DNA of 33,946 bases from Chrysochromulina tobinii (lineage: Eukaryota): the NCBI GenBank assembly GCA_001275005.1, contig JWZX01003302.1:1-33946 (forward strand), in the 5' to 3' direction. The translations under genes were made by a program, and so were the position numbers. The notes beneath the pieces were generated by a model. The model was given only the letters and a program-made list of their open reading frames with translations, searched no databases and was not told where the DNA came from. Each line of letters begins with the position of its first letter. Position 1 is the first letter of the stretch. This document shows positions 1-11,174 of this stretch, piece after piece.

Positions 1-120
1 TCATGAATATATCTATATATCATGTGTCGACGAGGGACATGATACATGAGATACAAGATGATGATACACATGATACACAATGATATAAAAAAGATATATG
101 ATGATATATAATGATATCTT
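1..120. repeat. AT-rich low-complexity stretch of ATGATA(C/T)A-like units
   Basis: Recurrent atgataca/atgatata in an otherwise GC-rich window. Confidence 0.6.
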
Positions 121-737
121 GTATCGAAAACTCCCTTTTGCTTTTCTTGTATCGAAAATAACCCCAATCCCCGACGTCTCGTGATCCCCATCTTTTAGGA
201 AAAAGAGGGGATGTAGGGCCGTGTGTAGACGGCCACCCAGTCACCAGTGCGGCCAGCATCACAGCCAATCGGTATCGGACGGGAGGCGGTCCTGCGCACT
301 ACAAATACAATTGACATATACAATTAAAATCTCGGAGATTAAATCTGACATATACACCCAAAACCGACCCTAATCTAGACGCAACAACCCCATGCACCGA
401 ATTCCCCACAGTGCCACGTCAACCACCGTACACGCTCTGTATGCCTGGGTACCCCCCTCGCACGTGTACGCTGCCATTTGCCGGGGATTTGGCGTGTTTT
501 ACTTACTTACTCACAGAGTCACGTCATCCCATCACTCTTCACATACTCCCCGCCTACTCTTTGGGCTATTTTTGGGATCCATGGCGCCAGCTCTTTGTGA
601 AACGGCTCTGAGCAGGAGCTCTCTTAGAAGGCACCAATTCACAGGTATAATGAGCAGTGCCTGGTGCACATGTTGTCGACCTAGTCGCCCGACCGCCGCG
701 AGCGGGCGGCGGTCTGACCAACTTTGTACAATTTTGC

Positions 738-2505
738 ATGCTCACCAAGGCCGCCGTGCTGCTACTCGCCGTCGCCGCTACTCTCTGCCTCTTCACCTTC
801 CACATCGCACGCCGAGCAGCAAAGCTCCACGACGAGATCACGCAGCTCCGTCACACGAATGCCGCCTTGCAAAAGCGTGCTGATGACGTGGAAGCGCTCA
901 TGCGGCGACTGAACCGCCTGGAAGCTCAGATGAATGAAGCTGAGATCAAAGATGCGGCGGCAGCACGAGCGCCGCTGTGTACACCTGCACATCCGAAACT
1001 CAGCACCATCACCACAAGCACCGCCAGACCCGCTGCCGCCACAAATAGCACCGCCGACGACATGAGCCGCCGCCACGCTGCTCAGCGTTCACTCGACGTG
1101 GGACTGGCGCTCAATCGTGGACAACTACCTGCGGCCGTGGCCGACAATCTCATACGAGCAGCTCGACAGCGCCGTGGCCGCCTGTAACGGCAGCGCCATG
1201 TACTGCCAGCGCTTCCAGGTGCACGACGGCAAGCTCTACATCACGGACTACGCGGCAATCTTTTTCGATCGGCACTATGCGCCTGCGCGCGTGCTGCCGC
1301 TGCTCGACACGCTGCGACGGCATCCACAGCTGCGCAATCTGGACATTGTAGTCGCGGGTAACGATGAGCCGCGCGTGCACAACGTGCCGGGCGACCCTCG
1401 ATTGTGGCGGCGCTCGTGCCAACGCTATTGCGGTGATGGCAGCTCGACCTCAGATGGCCGCGCCCCGCCGGCGCTCTTCTCATCGACGACGAACCGCGCC
1501 ACGCTCGACCTGCCCTGGCTCGACTTCGCGTGGTTCTTCCCGAAGCGGCCGCACAAGCTGCGCACGCCGCCCTGGAGCGTGCTGCACCCGCAGCTCCTCG
1601 CCGCGGGCCGCAGCGTCCCGTGGGCGACAAAGGTCGAGCTTGCAATGCACACAGGCAACGTGGGCTCGGCCCAGCGCAAGCTGCTCGCCGCCGTGGCCCA
1701 GGGCTCGCCGGACACGATGCTCGTCAACGAGCTCTTCATAGGCGATCACAATACCATCCGCAAGCGCTGCGTAGAGCTCGGGCTGCATCGGACTGGGGGC
1801 TACCAAAAGCATAGATGCTTCATGACGTTTGAGGACCAGTGCTCGTACAAGTACCTGCTCAACTCGGCGTCGATCGGGTACGCCAATAAGTTCAAGAGCC
1901 TGCTGCTCTGCGGCTCGGTGGTGCTCTACGTGCGCGATGGGATGCGTCATCAAGAGTTCTACGAGCACGGTCTGCTCGCCGGTGTGCACTACGTCGCCGT
2001 CGATCGTGCCTCGGATGTGCCCGCGATGGTGCGCTGGCTGCAGAAGAATGACGAGTACGCACGCGCGGTGGCGCACGCGGGGCGTGCGCGCATGGCCTCA
2101 CTCGACGCACGGGGCCTCTCCGATTTCATGCTCGAGCTCCTCTCGCAGTACTCGAAAAGGCTCATGTTTCCTGTGCGCCCACAGCCGGGCGCAGTTCACA
2201 TTGAGTGCGAAGATGACCTGTGGCGTCACTATGCGCTCTCGCGGCCGTGGCTCGAAGGCTACCTCACGCGTGACAACACAACGTGCGTGCACCCGCCCGA
2301 TCCCGGCACCAAGCTGGGCCCACCTGGCTGGGGTGGCGCGTACAGAGGCTCGAAGCCGCGCTGCTATGCGTCGCACGACCAGAGCCCCGGGGCGCAGCCG
2401 CATGCGTGCGACTTTGCCGAGCCGTTCAGCACGGCTGAGAGTTGGGAGCCCGACGGCATGTGGCCGCGGGCGCATCCCAAGTCCGATAGATGGGACTCGA
2501 TGTGA
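738..2505 (+). CDS. Glycosyltransferase family 90 (CAP10/POGLUT-like), type II membrane protein; split by a +1 frame break or intron near 1066-1100
   Basis: ATG738 gives a signal anchor (MLTKAAVLLLAVAATLCLFTF) and a coiled coil. The next frame is open from 1066 and holds GT90 motifs (FEDQCSYKYLLN, YANKFKSLLLCGSVVL, EFYEHGLLAGVHYV, V.WL..ND..AR.VA..GR). Confidence 0.8.
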
Positions 2506-3017
2506 TCTCCGCTCCAACATACGCGCGAATCTCGAACCGTCGGCGCGCGTTGGCCACTCGGCTTGGAGTTTGAATAGTGAATTGTCACACTGAGTGAATG
2601 CCGATGACCTAGCACGGTACAAAAGTCACAAAATTCATATTAAACCGGAGCGCTGACGCAGCTGATGTCGGTACCCCAACATGAACCCCGGTCTGAGGGG
2701 TGTCCTAAAAGTTTCGCAGCTCGGTCCATATTAGGAGATCCGTTGAAACGCGACGCTCCCCGCCGGGCCCGGCCTCAACACTTGTGCGAGTAGCAAGATC
2801 TGGAATGTATCAGACGCACGTGGCCACGTCGATCGCTGCGCTGCTCTGCCCGTGGGCTCTGCAGTGTCTAGGAGGTGCTGCACACGGCCGCCCCACACGC
2901 TCATCCTCCCTTCGTGCTTGTTGACATTCAGCCGCTTCCCGCCACATGCATCGCCGCGTCAGTGTATGCACTGTAAAGACCGTCCCATAGCCTGCTGCTG
3001 CCTGCTGCCTGCCAGTA

Positions 3018-4371
3018 CTAGTACGCCTCTTTCGTCAAGAAGTCATACGCTCCATCCCACTTGAACGCGCTCCATCCCACTTGGCCGCGGGGCCCCATCT
3101 CGCTCCAGTGCGTGTCGCTCCATGCTTCATGAGAGACGCGAAAGGAGGCGCGCAGGGCATACAGGCCCACTGCCGCCTTTGAGGCGACGCTACCCGAAGG
3201 GCCGCGGCGTGAGCTGAGTGTATGGAGCGCGAGGAGCCACGTCAGCACGATCCCAACGTAGCAGAGGGCGCACGCACTGGGCGACGCTCCCGCCACCTTG
3301 AGCAGTACGCGCGCGTTCGTGAGGCAGATGAAGCCGCCGATGGACACGCCGAGTGTCTCGGGCTCGAGGGAGCTCACAAGCAGAGGCGCGATCGGAGCGG
3401 CGAGCATCCCGCCGACGAGTAGGGCGAGCACGAGGTCGACACGTGCGCCCATCGTCTCGAAGTGTGTGCCGAGCTGATGGACGAAACCGGCGACGGCGGC
3501 GACGGTGACGAGGAACTCGACCGCCGAGACGGTGCCGACGACCTTGGCAGGCGTCAGGTGGCCATCGGTGAGCAGGCCGGTCGTGGCGACGGGACCCCAG
3601 CCGCCACCGCCCGTGGCGTCGGACGAAGCCGCCCCATGCGCCGAGAGGCACGAGGAGTTCCCAACTAGGAGAGGATGGGGTCTCATTTGATCGCTGGGCC
3701 GAGGCTGTCTTGGCTCGTAGACAGAAGCGGCCGAGCACGTACGCACCGAGGCCGAAGAGCAAACCCGCGGAAATGGGCACAGTAGAGCGTGGCGACATTG
3801 TTGCCAGGAAGGTGGCTCCGGCAAAAGCTCCGGCCATTCCGGCGGGAGCCATGCGGAACACAGTTGTCTGGTCGACGTTCCCGTATGAGTAGTGCGAGAG
3901 GCCGGAGAGGGCCGTCGTCCCGAGCTGCGCCAGGTGCACGGACGTGCTGGCCGCGAGAGGAGACAGGCCGGCGAGGCTCACCATGACTGTGGTCGAGGTG
4001 ATGCCGAATCCCATACCGAGAGCTCCGTCGACGAGTTGTGCAATGAAACCGGCACACATCGAGGCCACGAAGATGCCATCTACCGAAATCGAGACCGACT
4101 CGAAAAGTTGGATACCGAAATCGGAGAGGCTATCGAGCACCTGTGCGGCGCAGATCGTGGAGATCACGGTGATCGCAAGGGCCCGGACAACTTGCCTGGA
4201 ACTTGTGCGCGGAAAGGCCGACGGAAGGTGCAGGACTTCGATGCTGGGCTCGTGGATCGCGAAGACCGTGGACGGAGAAGATGCTGATAATGGTATCGCC
4301 CAGGATTCTTCGTGGTGCTGTCCAATCTTCGTGTTCTTCGGCTTGAGCCAGTCCGCTTGCTGACTGCCCAA
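3018..4371 (-). CDS. Sulfite exporter TauE/SafE family membrane protein; +1 frameshift at ~3621; 5' end uncertain
   Basis: GFIAQLVDGALGMGFG and ASTSVHLAQ lie in ORF 3190-4371. Removing one base (TTC GTC C GAC GCC) restores GGFVDATGGGGWGPV and continues into VVGTVSAVEF and LLVGGMLAAPIA in ORF 3018-3824. Confidence 0.85.
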
Positions 4372-4950
4372 TCGGAGCGAGGCGCGCGCATGGCGTACAA
4401 ACGTGAGTCGTGCTGGAAGGACTCGAGCTGATGAATGTTCTTAGGCGAGGTACGGCCAAGGTGGTGTGTGCCCCTAGGGCACAGCACGCGTTAGGGCTCT
4501 GCACTCACCTCGATACTTCCAGGATAGACCCGTCCGACATCGCGAGCAGCCCGAAGTTCCGTCCCGTCCTCTTACTCGGCGAAATTTGACGAATTTTGTG
4601 ATCGTGCATTGACGACGCAGGATTGTCCCTCATAGCCCATTTCCGGAACCTCGATGAGATTGAGTTTGGTTGAGTTTGGTGGCCGCCCACCACATCAGCA
4701 TTTGACTGACCGGACGGCACGAAAGTAACGCCCACAGTGAAGTGCACGCGGGCAGTACGTACACACGCCGCAGCCCACGGCGGGGAATGTATCAAAGCCC
4801 ATGGGAAAGCCCCACTTGGTACGACCACTCACCGAGACACAGACATCAAGGGACAAAGGCATGCTGATTGTGCATGGACAAGGCACACAACAAAAATCTC
4901 CATCGGATGGGAAGAAACTACAACATGCCCCCCCCGGGACTCACTCCCGC

Positions 4951-7900
4951 TCATTCCTTCTTGGGCTCCTCTTCCTCTTTGGATTCCATCTGCTTGGCGA
5001 TCGCGAGTTCGACCAGAGAGCCCGAGAGGATGTCCTCAGTCGTCATCACGAGCTTGTCTTTTCGGTCGGGCCGCCGCTTCTCGATCACTCGAGAGCGACT
5101 GCCACCAGAGCACGAGCCGCTCGAGCTTGCCAACGGCCGAATTGGTCAGTTTGAGTGACATATTCATCTGCTTGTACGACTCCCATCCGGCGAGCGCCGA
5201 CGCGAACTGGACGACGAGAGGCACGGGAACGTTGATGCCGAGCGCGCCGAGTAGCGTGGAGCCCGCGGCGAGTCCAATTGAGAGCATCTTGAAGGCCGAC
5301 TTTTGTTTAGCCTGCTCGGGCGAGAGCCTCGACATCGCGATCAGCTTCGGCAACATGCGGAATTTCACGTAGTCCTCCGCCCGCATCGGGCTGAGGCCCG
5401 AGTCATCATCGGGTTCCTTCTTCGGGGCGTCCTCTTCGGGCTCGGCAGGGGCAGCGCCCGTCTCGATCGCGCCTGCTTGGTCGTCGGGCGTGGCCGTCGG
5501 CATGACCTTGTTGACCCCCGCCTTGGCCAGGAACGGCGCGTACTTGGCCAGGAACGGCGCGTACTTGACGAGTAGCTGGAAGCCGAATTTCGACTCGTGC
5601 CCCGACGGGTTCGACTTGGTAGCCTTGCTGCTCAGTGCCTTCAGGTCGGCGACGCCGTCGCCGTCTGCGTCTTCACCGAGCTCACCAGGCATGTACTTGG
5701 CGACCATGTCCTGCGCCGCTTGGAACTCTTCGCGGATAGCAACGCGGTGGTCATGGCCGCTGATCCGGCGGGGCATCGAGTGGTCCGACACCGAGGAGCT
5801 CAATACGCCGTCCCAAATGCCCGTGATCGTCGTGCCGAATTTTTCGCGAGTCGAGATCGGAGCGTCGGCCTTGCCGTCGCCGTCGTCGTCGTTCTTGACG
5901 GCCGGGGCCTTCCCATACGGCCCGGTGCGCGTGCGGAACATATAGATTTGGGACTCGATCCGTGCGGCGCCGCTCTTGAGCACGATACACTGCGAGTCCG
6001 GATCAAGGTACGACTGGACAGTGAGGATGACGGTCACGAGCGCGGGCACGATAATGGAGAGGTACTTGGTGAGCTGGCACAGGCCCGAGTCCGGCATAGC
6101 GTCGCAGCTCGCGTCCGGCAAAGCGGGCACGCCCGCGATTTCGCCCTCACCTCCGCCCGCTGGGATCTGCAGCTGCTCGTCTGCCATTTGGCGTGCCAGC
6201 TCTTCTCCCAAAAAGGGAAAGAACCATTCGATCGAGGTCCGCAGCTGTGAGATAGCGCCGGTCCCAAAAGAAAGGACGAGCACGCAGAGCTGCAGGTTCT
6301 GGGCGAGCTTCGCTTGCTTCTGGGCAGCGAAGTTGAGAGCACCGTGCATCTCCCACGCGAGATGCAGGCGCTTCTTGTCGGCGGCATCGCCATTGAGCTC
6401 ATCCTTGTTGCCCGAGTCCCCCGCGCTCATCGTGCGCGAGATCATGTCCTGCAGCGCCTCGCCGCGCATGGAGAAGGGGTCGACGAGGAGCCGAGTCTCA
6501 GCCCTTGCACTGCTCGGGAAGTTGGCGAAGATCGCATTGACCTGCGCGATGAGCGCGGGCTGCTGCCTGCCGCCGTACACGTTGCCAACAGGCCCCGTGA
6601 ACTTGATCTTCGGCAATCCGAGCTGCGCTGGCCGATCGACGACATACATGGGGTCGAGAGAAAGGAAGGGATCGAACGGCAAGTTCTCGTTCATCAGGTC
6701 CTCGAGACTCTTTTTCCCCTTGTCCTTGACCCCGCTCTTGATCGCGTCGGCCTCGATCTTCTTGTGCAAGTTCTCGATCGCCGTCACCTGCTGGAGCATG
6801 ACGGCCGTTAGGTCGGCGCATCCGCCGGTGTGCTGAAAGACGAAGAGGGGTCTCTCCAGATTGAGGGCGCTATGCACGCGCCGCGCCGCGGAGACGTACG
6901 AGCCGTTGATGATGAACTCACCGCCCGAGATGGTCTTGTAAATCAACTCCTCGACGACCCTACGACCGGCCAACGTCTCGCACACAAAGTAGTGCGTCGG
7001 CGCCGTCGACGGGGTGGTACTTGTACGCCTCAGATCCCCCGAACTCCTCCTCGACGCCCATCGCAGCGCAGCGCGCCGCGAGCTCGCTCACCGAGTACAG
7101 GAGGCGATCGTTGCCGTTCCACTCGTCATCAAGCTCGATCAGCCCCTCAGCACCCTCCTTCTTGAAGACCACGCTGACACCGAGTTCCTTGTCCATGTCC
7201 TCATTCCCTTCGGTGTCCGCGAACGCTTTCATCACGCCCTCGCACCAGCCGATGGGTTGGTCGGCGTCCTGGTCGCCCACCAACCCGTGCGCAATCGAGA
7301 GGATCGTGTTTTCCTTGGTGCAGCCCAAAGCCAAGTACTGGCCGATGGCGTCACTCGCGGACGCATCCACGCAAAAATACGCGCCAGCCTCGAGGGACGA
7401 TTTGGCCGTGCCAGTGAGCACGCGCGTGAGCTTCTGCCGCATCACGTGGCGCCAGTGCGCCATCCGAATCTCTCTGGTCTTCTCCTCCGGCGGAGCCGTC
7501 GCTAATCCGGGGTTAGCGGCCGCCGCCGCGGCCGCAGCCGCGGCCGCCATAGCGCTACCGCCCATGTCAAAGTTGAAGGCTCCCGGCTGCCGAATTTGCC
7601 ACGTCTGCGTCGCGTCGCCACTCGTCAAGTAGAAGATTTGCTGTGGCATGTCGATTTGCATGTACTCGAAGATCTTGGCTGCGCTCATTTTGTCGCGAGT
7701 AGGGCCGAGGATAAGCCCGTCCGGGAGGTAGACGTACTTCATTATCTTCTTGCATGACGACATCTTGCAATGTCCGATGATGGGTTTATTTTCCATTTCG
7801 GTTTTCGGCTCTGGTTTGATCTTTTTCGTGGAATACGGCCTGAAGTAGTCCAACGCTTCCTCAGCAACAGCCAGCATGGCTGGCGGCGCTCCAATGGCGG

Positions 7901-8333
7901 GCAGCGCCGAGGCTGTCGCGGCTCGCAGTGTCGCCCCGAGCCCGAGAGCGCCCGCCACTGCAAGGGGTGCCAGCCCGACAGGACCCACACCCGCGATGGG
8001 GGCGAGGGGGGGCAGCGCCTTCTGTGGGTGAACCAAGCCCTCTTTGGGGTCACCGCCTGCGGTCTGCGCGGCCGACGCGTCGTCCGCGAGATCCGGCGCG
8101 TTCTCCGGTGCCGCTGGCTCCGGCGCGCTCTCCGGTGCCGCACCTGGCTCCTGTTGCTCTCCCTCCACTGGGGCGGCCGGGAGCAATCCTGGAGGGGGTA
8201 GGTCATCCTCGTACGCTGTCACGTCGAGCGCGTCATTCTCAAAGTACCACTCGCCGGCGTCGTCCTGGCCCGCGATCGCCCAGCCAGCCGCCACCAGCTC
8301 GGGATGGAGCACGGGCGGGACGGGCGCAGCCAT
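4951..8333 (-). CDS. WW-like + SLOG (LSDAT/TRPM N-terminal-like) + two SLATT 2TM domains; two +1 frameshifts (~6999 and ~5089)
   Basis: Three consecutive ORFs (6960-8432, 5036-6985, 4951-5133) join by single-base skips to give GATHYFVC and WWQSLSVIEK. SLOG-like: KYVYL, PQQIFYLTSG, TGTAKSSLEAGAYF, THYFV, FIING, PLFVFQHTGGCADL. SLATT-like: TM pair then LKSGAARIESQIYMFRTRTGPY; EDYVKFRM then TM pair then WW.SL...LVMTTEDIL. Confidence 0.7.
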
Positions 8334-8543
8334 ATTCGAACACGACGCCAACACTGCTCCAGAAACAAACAACGGGTGCAGATTCAACGGGTGCCTACCA
8401 CAGAACGGCTGCAAGCATGCAATTTCATGCAAGCCTCGCCATTTTCGAAATCATGCTTTCCAACGTCCCCCAAACGTGCTACGCGACCGTACTTTGTGTC
8501 CGCGTCCGGTATAAGTGTGTGTACGTGAAAGAAAAACAGCCGC

Positions 8544-9356
8544 ATGCGACGAGCCTTCGTCACTTCCCTCCGCAGCCAGCGCGCGGGCATCAGCTTGGCC
8601 GCGCTGCCGCTCGCGTCCTGCAGCCACCGCCAACTCGCACGCTCCGCGCCGCTCGCCGCCGTCTTCGTGCCTGCTCGCAGTCTGTGTGCGAGCGTTGTGT
8701 CGGCCAGAGGTGGTGGCACGATCGAAGCGGCGCCGCTCGTCGGCGCGGTGAGCGACGAACCGGCTGTGCGGGGTGCGAGCCCCAACGCCTTTCTGACATG
8801 GGAGAGCCCCGAGTACGCACGCTTCGTCAACATCATCATGATGTCAGGCAAGAAGGAGGTTGCGCGGAAGCTGCTCTGGAGGGCGTTCGTGCGGCTGCGC
8901 GACGGCGGCCATGATCCGCAGGATGTTTTCTACGGCGCGCTCGAGAACGTGCGCCCCATGATGGAGATGCGCACGTTCAAGTCGGGCCCGGTGCCCTTCC
9001 CGCTCAACCCGCGCCGCGCCGAGGGACAGGCGATGAAGTGGATCCGCGACGCCGCACGCAAGCGCACCGGCCAGTCGCTTGACGTGGGCCTCGCCGCCGA
9101 GCTGCTTGCGGCGCACCAGTACAAGGGCTCCGCCATCCAGAAACAGGAGGACGTGCACAAGGCCGCCGTAGCCAACCAGGCGGCCGCGCACTTCCGCTGG
9201 CGCGCGGGTAACTCGAAAACTCCTGGCTCCATCGACCTCGACCGCAAGGAGTACCGGCCACGCGGACGGCGCGCGAACAAGCGGCTGCAGGGCGTCATGA
9301 GCGAGCAGCCACCCCCACGGCCCTCGGCGCCCAACCGCGGTGAACAGGCGATCTGA
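8544..9356 (+). CDS. rps7: Mitochondrial ribosomal protein uS7 (nucleus-encoded, N-terminal transit peptide)
   Basis: RFVNIIMMSGKKEVA, ALENVRPMME, VPFPL, AMKWI, LAAEL, HKAAVANQAAAHFRW; Arg/Ser/Ala-rich presequence. Confidence 0.92.
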   Translation: MRRAFVTSLRSQRAGISLAALPLASCSHRQLARSAPLAAVFVPARSLCASVVSARGGGTIEAAPLVGAVSDEPAVRGASPNAFLTWESPEYARFVNIIMMSGKKEVARKLLWRAFVRLRDGGHDPQDVFYGALENVRPMMEMRTFKSGPVPFPLNPRRAEGQAMKWIRDAARKRTGQSLDVGLAAELLAAHQYKGSAIQKQEDVHKAAVANQAAAHFRWRAGNSKTPGSIDLDRKEYRPRGRRANKRLQGVMSEQPPPRPSAPNRGEQAI

Positions 9357-9677
9357 TATGCGCGGGGCCGCACACGGCACACGCACAGGCCGGAGAACAG
9401 AAGGAGAACAGACGCGATCTTGAGATGCGGTATCTGCGGTAAATACAACGGGGACTGTCTCGATTTGTTCCGTATGATTGGACGTCGGACGATGGAGACA
9501 CTCTGATAGGTTAATTGCACGCCCACGCGCGGCCGCGAAGGGGCGTCAAAAGCTACCCTTGCCTTTCCCCCGTTCGGGGCCGCGGTACAAAGTCAACAAA
9601 AGTCGATTTCACCGCAAAGCGCAAGCAAGCCCGACGGGAAGCGAACCAGCCGAGTCACACCGTGTTGTGCCTGACAA

Positions 9678-10855
9678 ATGGTGAGCGCGATGGCCTACGC
9701 GGTGGGCAACGTGGCCTCTTCCGTGGCACTCGTGCTCGTGAACAAGCAGGTGCGCACTCGCGGATCGCAACCCAGCCATCAGCGGCACGTGCGGTTCGCT
9801 GGCATAGAGTAACGTTGCCTTCTGCTCTCTTCTGCGCGCACCTCCTCCGCATGCGCCAGGTCTTCAACGGCGGCTTCCACTTCCCGATGTCGCTCTCTTT
9901 CTTCCACTTCGTCTTCACGTGGCTGTGGTACCAGATGTTGTATGCGGCCGGAGTGTATTCCAACCCTGAGCCAGGCATGAGCCAAGTGGAGAAGTTCAAG
10001 GTAGCCCTCTTCGGCTTCGCCTCGATCGGCTTCATGAATTTGTCGCTCAACTACAATTCGGTCGGCTTCTACCAGGTCACCAAGCTGACCATCGTGCCGG
10101 TCACGCTCGTCATCAACTCGGTCGCCTACGCCGTGTACACCACGACGAAGGTCAAGCTCTCACTCGCCATCCTGCTCGCGGGCGTCGCCATCGCGACGGT
10201 GACTGATGTCGAGCTGCGGCCTACGGGCCTCATTTTTGGCGTGCTGGCCGTGCTTTCGACCGCCGTCTTCCAGATCTGGCAGGGCACCAAGCAGAAGGAG
10301 TTTGGCATCAGCGCCACGCAGCTGCAGGCGGGCATTGCGCCGTGGCAATCGATCCAGGCAGCTGCCGTGTCGATCGCGACTGAGTGCTACTGCTACGAGC
10401 CGTCGCCTTCGGGCGCCCCGTGCGACACGGCTGTGCGCTTCTTCGAGCTCGCGTTCGCCGGCGACCATGTCAAGCAGCACACTCTCTGGATTGTGCTCGG
10501 CACGTGCATCCTTGCACTCGCGGTGAACCTGTGTTCCTTTGGTCTCATCGGGCGTACGAGCCCGATCACCTTTCAGGTGGTGGGACACGCAAAGACGTGC
10601 CTCGTCCTCACCGGCGGTTACGTTTTCTTCTCAAGTGGCGCCGGCGACACGCAGCAGATCATCAACAACATCGCGGGCGTGTCCGTCGCTATGATCGGGG
10701 TCCTCCTGTACGGGCACATTCAGCAAGCCTCGAGCGGAGGCTACTCGGACTGCCTCGATGCCGTGTGCCCTGGCTGCATCCTGTACGTCATCGAGCCCAA
10801 ATACGCCTCAGAGGAGAGCGCTGAAGAGTTGAAGGGCCTCAAGGGGCCCGCCTAG
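9678..10855 (+). CDS. Nucleotide-sugar transporter (TPT/SLC35E3, URGT/UXT-like); exons 9678-9749 and 9860-10855
   Basis: Spliced N-terminus MVSAMAYAVGNVASSVALVLVNKQ|VFNGGFHFP; NLSLNYNSVGFYQVTKL; TSPITFQVVGHAKT. Confidence 0.9.
9750..9859 (+). other. GT-AG intron (110 nt)
   Basis: CAG|GTGCGC...GCCAG|GTC; removal joins the conserved VNKQ-VF motif in frame. Confidence 0.85.
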
Positions 10856-11174
10856 GGAGTCTAGGCGGGGCAACGGCCTTCCATTCGGCTTGCCTCGCCT
10901 ACCTTGCCTAGCTAGAGAGAATCTCTTTAGAGAGGCCCTCTCTCGCCTTGGAGATGACCACTCTAGAGCCTACGAGTACACCGACAGTTGTACAAGTTTC
11001 CAATCGCGCTTTTATCGCGATCCGCTGTAAATGTGCATGCATATTCTCCTCATTCGCCGGGGTGCGGGTCGTGTGTGCGGGTCCGCGGGTCTCGCTCATA
11101 CCTGACACAAACTAGTGGATCAACGTTTCGTTCAAACTTCGAAACTTGCAGGAACATTTTTGGGCCGTGGGAAC

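Noticed and set aside
5522..5568. Short duplications (KYAPFLA x2; also ~3048-3083, ~13198-13237, ~25449-25478, ~27122-27213)
   Set aside because: Ordinary slippage duplications with no sign of shared function.
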